Source: Promethearchaeia archaeon (GTDB taxonomy: Archaea; Asgardarchaeota; Lokiarchaeia; Sigyniarchaeales; SOKP01). Taken from it: a stretch of DNA of 64,000 nt. Position 1 is the stretch's first letter. Every line of letters starts with the position of its first letter. Where the stretch lies: contig JAHQWK010000002.1 of assembly GCA_029856145.1 (NCBI GenBank), forward strand, positions 32,001-96,000. Reading direction: 5' to 3'. Shown in pieces: positions 61,036-64,000 of the stretch. Below the pieces are notes generated by a model that saw only the letters and a list, made by a program, of their open reading frames with translations, did no database searches and was not told the DNA's origin. A program made the translations under genes and the position numbers.

Positions 61036-61701
61036 TTAATCTTCCTTAAAATAATGAATAATAACTTGAAGTATCAAATCTGTAAACGATTGTACCACAT
61101 TTTCTCCTTGTAATGCTTCAGCGGGATATACTACCAATGTACCGTCGGGATATGATTCTTGGAGTGGAAGGCCCAAATGTAATTTAAAATCTTTTACTGG
61201 AATTGCATCCTTTAAATCTCGTTTATTCAGCTGTATTAAATAGGGAATTTGTTTCGGTTTCGCAAAACTTACCAGCTCTCTGAAACTTCTTTTGTTCTGT
61301 TCAATTTTTTCTGGATTAGAATCACCAATAAACATAATGCCATCTGCCCCATCTAATACATATTCACGAGTTGAGAGAAATCTTTCTTGTCCAGTACATG
61401 TCACCACATGGCATATAATATTAAATGTAACATCGTGTAGTGTAAAATTGAATAGTAAATACAATGAATCCTCCCAGAGTGTCCTTCCTTCCGTAGTTTC
61501 AATAGAATATCCCTTAGTGAGCTTCAACAGATCAAATTTTTCTCTGAGCCTGAAAAAATTGGTGGTTTTCCCACTTTCACCTGGACCCCAATATACGATC
61601 TTAAATTGAATCATGTTCTGGGAATCATTAAAATCAAACTCTTCACTCACTTCCACTTCAATCTGATCTAATTTATCTATATCTCTCTGTTCTAATTCCA
61701 T
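61036..61701 (-). CDS. mglA: MglA-family small GTPase
   Basis: KIVYWGPGESGKTTN, GRTL, TCTGQ (for TVPGQ), GADGIMFIGDS, QLNKRDL. Confidence 0.88.
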   Translation of the reverse strand: MELEQRDIDKLDQIEVEVSEEFDFNDSQNMIQFKIVYWGPGESGKTTNFFRLREKFDLLKLTKGYSIETTEGRTLWEDSLYLLFNFTLHDVTFNIICHVVTCTGQERFLSTREYVLDGADGIMFIGDSNPEKIEQNKRSFRELVSFAKPKQIPYLIQLNKRDLKDAIPVKDFKLHLGLPLQESYPDGTLVVYPAEALQGENVVQSFTDLILQVIIHYFKED

Positions 61702-61724
61702 TTAATCACCTGAGATTTTGAATC

Positions 61725-62276
61725 TTAAGAAATGGTTCCGATCTTATCTTTAAATATCTGCTTCTTGAGCTCTTTGATATGTTCTTTAATTTCTCTTTCT
61801 GGCATCTTCAGAACATTTTTCATGTGCTCGTTTTTCTCGATCTCTTCTTTAATTTTCTGAGCAAACTTACTCATCTGAAGGATCATTACGCCTAAATTTA
61901 CCTCGTTATCGGTTAATAATACAATAAGAATGTCTCGTTTTCCTTTCTTCTGAAGCTCAATGTTTCCTATGGATTTGACAAATAATCGCATATCACTGTA
62001 GATAATTGTGGCACGTTCTAACGATTCAGTTTCAAAAAAATCTTGCCCTTGCCGTGCGACTCCGTATAAAGCTGCTCCAATCGAGCTTAAATCCCAATAA
62101 TTCAGCTTTCGGTCAAATCGGGAATCGATGGCAATAATCTTTGCATCTTGATCTATTGTTATTAGACCGTAGATATATCCTTTTCGGGTTAATATCCCGT
62201 AGTTATATCTAATATCGTCTAACACTTCGGTTATTTTATTTTGGTATAAAACCTTTGGTATATGAGTTAACGTCAT
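61725..62276 (-). CDS. mglB: MglB-like roadblock/LC7 domain protein
   Basis: LITIDQDAKIIA...SIGAALYG...ILIVLL...VNLGVM roadblock pattern, directly upstream of mglA. Confidence 0.75.
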   Translation of the reverse strand: MTLTHIPKVLYQNKITEVLDDIRYNYGILTRKGYIYGLITIDQDAKIIAIDSRFDRKLNYWDLSSIGAALYGVARQGQDFFETESLERATIIYSDMRLFVKSIGNIELQKKGKRDILIVLLTDNEVNLGVMILQMSKFAQKIKEEIEKNEHMKNVLKMPEREIKEHIKELKKQIFKDKIGTIS

Positions 62277-62421
62277 TTTTTTCCTTATATTGTAATTTTG
62301 TTAGAAGAAGATAATATGAAGAGTATTTAAAGAAAAAATTAGGAGAGTCCGAAAAAATAGATATAAATAAGAATCCAAATAATAATATCATTATATGTCA
62401 AAAATCCATTAGTTTAAGAAA

Positions 62422-64000
62422 ATGTCAGAATTTAGTAAATATTTAGATTTAGCACAGAAATATAGCAAAAAGAGGAAGTCTAAAAAAGCTATTGATAATT
62501 GGAAGAAAGTGGTTCAAATAAAGCCAGAATTTCAAGAAGCATGGATATTAATGGGAGAAGAGTATGAAAAAATTAATGATATAAAATCGGCTCTTAAATG
62601 TTACAATAAAGCGTTAGAATATGGGCACATTTATGAAGCAAGAGAGCATATACAAAAACTTGAATCGTCTAAGAACAAATTAGATATAAAGAATTTAACA
62701 GGTGCTCAAAAAAAGAGAATGTCTCAACTTTTTGATAAGATGACTGGCATATTACCCACACCAATTCCTGGAATAGCAATGCAAATTGCATTTCCCGAAA
62801 GAAAAGCTAATGTAAACATAATTAGAGAGGAATTGTATAAGCAAGGGCTCTTAGAATTAGCACAAGAGAATTATGACAAAGCATTAAAAAGCTGGAAGGA
62901 ATTCTCTCTTAGAAGACCGGATTCATTTGAAGTGTGGAGTGGGTTGGGATTAGTCTATCTGAAAATGGGAAAGTATTCCGAATCTATTAAGGTGATAGAA
63001 AAAGCATTAAAAATAAATCATTCAAATCCGTTAGATTGGGAGAGATTAGGAATCGCAATCGTTTTCGATGCTCAAGAAAAACATGGGGAAGATTATGTAT
63101 TGAGACATGTCATGCCAAAATCCATTGAGTATTTTGAAAAGGCATTAGAATATAGTGATCCGAGAAGGATTGACCTATTGCATAAAATAGGCATCTCTTA
63201 TGCGTCTATAGGCAAATTCAATAAAGCTATTGAATACGTGGAGGAATATTTAGAGCAAAAACCAGATGATATCGAAGCGTTAAAACATCTTGAAGCGTTA
63301 AAAGAGCAAGCACAAGCATTTAGTAAATGCGTAGAATGTGGACTTAAAAACGCAATAGGAAGTGAAGTATGCTCTAACTGTGGGGCAAACTTACTTGATG
63401 ATATATTTGTGGCAAAGGCATTATCTACTCCTTTTCATTCTAAGGAAAATGTAAATCTTTTTGATAAAGGAATGAATTTCATTCAAAATAGAGATCCACA
63501 AGCTGCTATTAAATGCTTTCAAAAAATTCTTAAAAATGAACCGAATCATGCGGTCACATTGGAGAAATTAGGACTTGGTTATATCACAACCAATCAACCC
63601 CAAGAGGCAATAAAAACCTTTGAAAAATTACTCTCGTTAGATCCCGATCAAATGATGGCCCTAGACAATCTTTCTAATTTATATTCTCAGACAAATAATA
63701 GTACCAAATTACGCAACATTATAGATAGAATATATAATGCAAAGGACAAATATACTAACTATATAATCCAAATTGGAAATGAGTTTGCAAAAGAGGGAGG
63801 CTTCAATTTTGCGGTGAAGTATTGGGCAAAAGCATTTACCTTCGATCCAGAAAATAAAGACTTAATCAATAAGTTAGAAGGAATTATGCAAAACCAAGCT
63901 TATTGGAATCGAATTCCACCCCCAGTCCAAGCAACAGTAAAACAGTTACTCTCCACCTCATTTACTTACATTTTGAAAGGATATAATGTTGATATCGATG
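62422..64000 (+). CDS. TPR-repeat protein with internal zinc ribbon (runs off the window)
   Basis: Own translation from ATG 62422: ...EAWILMGEEY...ALKCYNKALE..., VWSGLGLVYLKMGKYSESI, CVECG...CSNCG; frame open to the edge. Confidence 0.85.
   Translation, partial: MSEFSKYLDLAQKYSKKRKSKKAIDNWKKVVQIKPEFQEAWILMGEEYEKINDIKSALKCYNKALEYGHIYEAREHIQKLESSKNKLDIKNLTGAQKKRMSQLFDKMTGILPTPIPGIAMQIAFPERKANVNIIREELYKQGLLELAQENYDKALKSWKEFSLRRPDSFEVWSGLGLVYLKMGKYSESIKVIEKALKINHSNPLDWERLGIAIVFDAQEKHGEDYVLRHVMPKSIEYFEKALEYSDPRRIDLLHKIGISYASIGKFNKAIEYVEEYLEQKPDDIEALKHLEALKEQAQAFSKCVECGLKNAIGSEVCSNCGANLLDDIFVAKALSTPFHSKENVNLFDKGMNFIQNRDPQAAIKCFQKILKNEPNHAVTLEKLGLGYITTNQPQEAIKTFEKLLSLDPDQMMALDNLSNLYSQTNNSTKLRNIIDRIYNAKDKYTNYIIQIGNEFAKEGGFNFAVKYWAKAFTFDPENKDLINKLEGIMQNQAYWNRIPPPVQATVKQLLSTSFTYILKGYNVDID

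Larger units (their letters stand above)
48100..64000. mobile_element. accessory region / possible genomic island (no integrase seen)
   Basis: Starts with broken genes; then short ORFs in mixed orientation, HNH and CoiA nucleases, stand-alone ATP-cone, HEPN protein; no housekeeping genes. Confidence 0.4.

Noticed and set aside
9736-61609. Many short antisense or off-frame track ORFs (e.g. 9736, 16796, 28109, 42700, 47058, 59799, 61292)
   Set aside because: They lie inside well-supported genes and have shadow-ORF composition (Ser/Phe/Ile-rich, no motifs).
1-64000. CRISPR array, rRNA, IS/transposase, diversity-generating retroelement
   Set aside because: I saw no regularly spaced repeats, rRNA-like GC-rich tract, transposase, reverse transcriptase or near-identical TR/VR pair by eye; short or degenerate repeats could have been missed.

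Overview
Low-GC archaeal DNA that looks like an Asgard archaeon (Lokiarchaeia-like). The evidence is GGTGA-type ribosome-binding sites, an intron-containing tRNA-Ser(CGA), eS25, an ATP-dependent DNA ligase and AMP phosphorylase, plus many eukaryote-signature proteins: four small GTPases (two Rag-like, one longin-fused, one MglA), longin/roadblock proteins, a gelsolin-like protein, HEAT-LRR proteins and a Bud23-like rRNA methyltransferase. The most striking structure (17.9-35.5 kb) is three copies of a two-gene module, each joined by a TAATG stop/start overlap. Each module pairs a 1200-1450 aa single-pass surface glycoprotein (swappable lectin-like domain, conserved ~80 aa cytoplasmic tail) with a ~370 aa cytoplasmic longin/uDENN-like plus winged-helix protein. 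A decayed bud23 copy lies between modules 1 and 2, and a longin-GTPase between modules 2 and 3. I read this as a candidate receptor-adaptor-GTPase system. From ~48.1 kb to the end is an accessory-looking region: HNH and CoiA-like nucleases, a stand-alone ATP-cone, cyclin-fold repeats, a CFI-box protein, small Cys-rich ORFs, and an MglB-MglA-HEPN operon facing a TPR gene. All family calls come from recognising motifs by eye; no searches were run.
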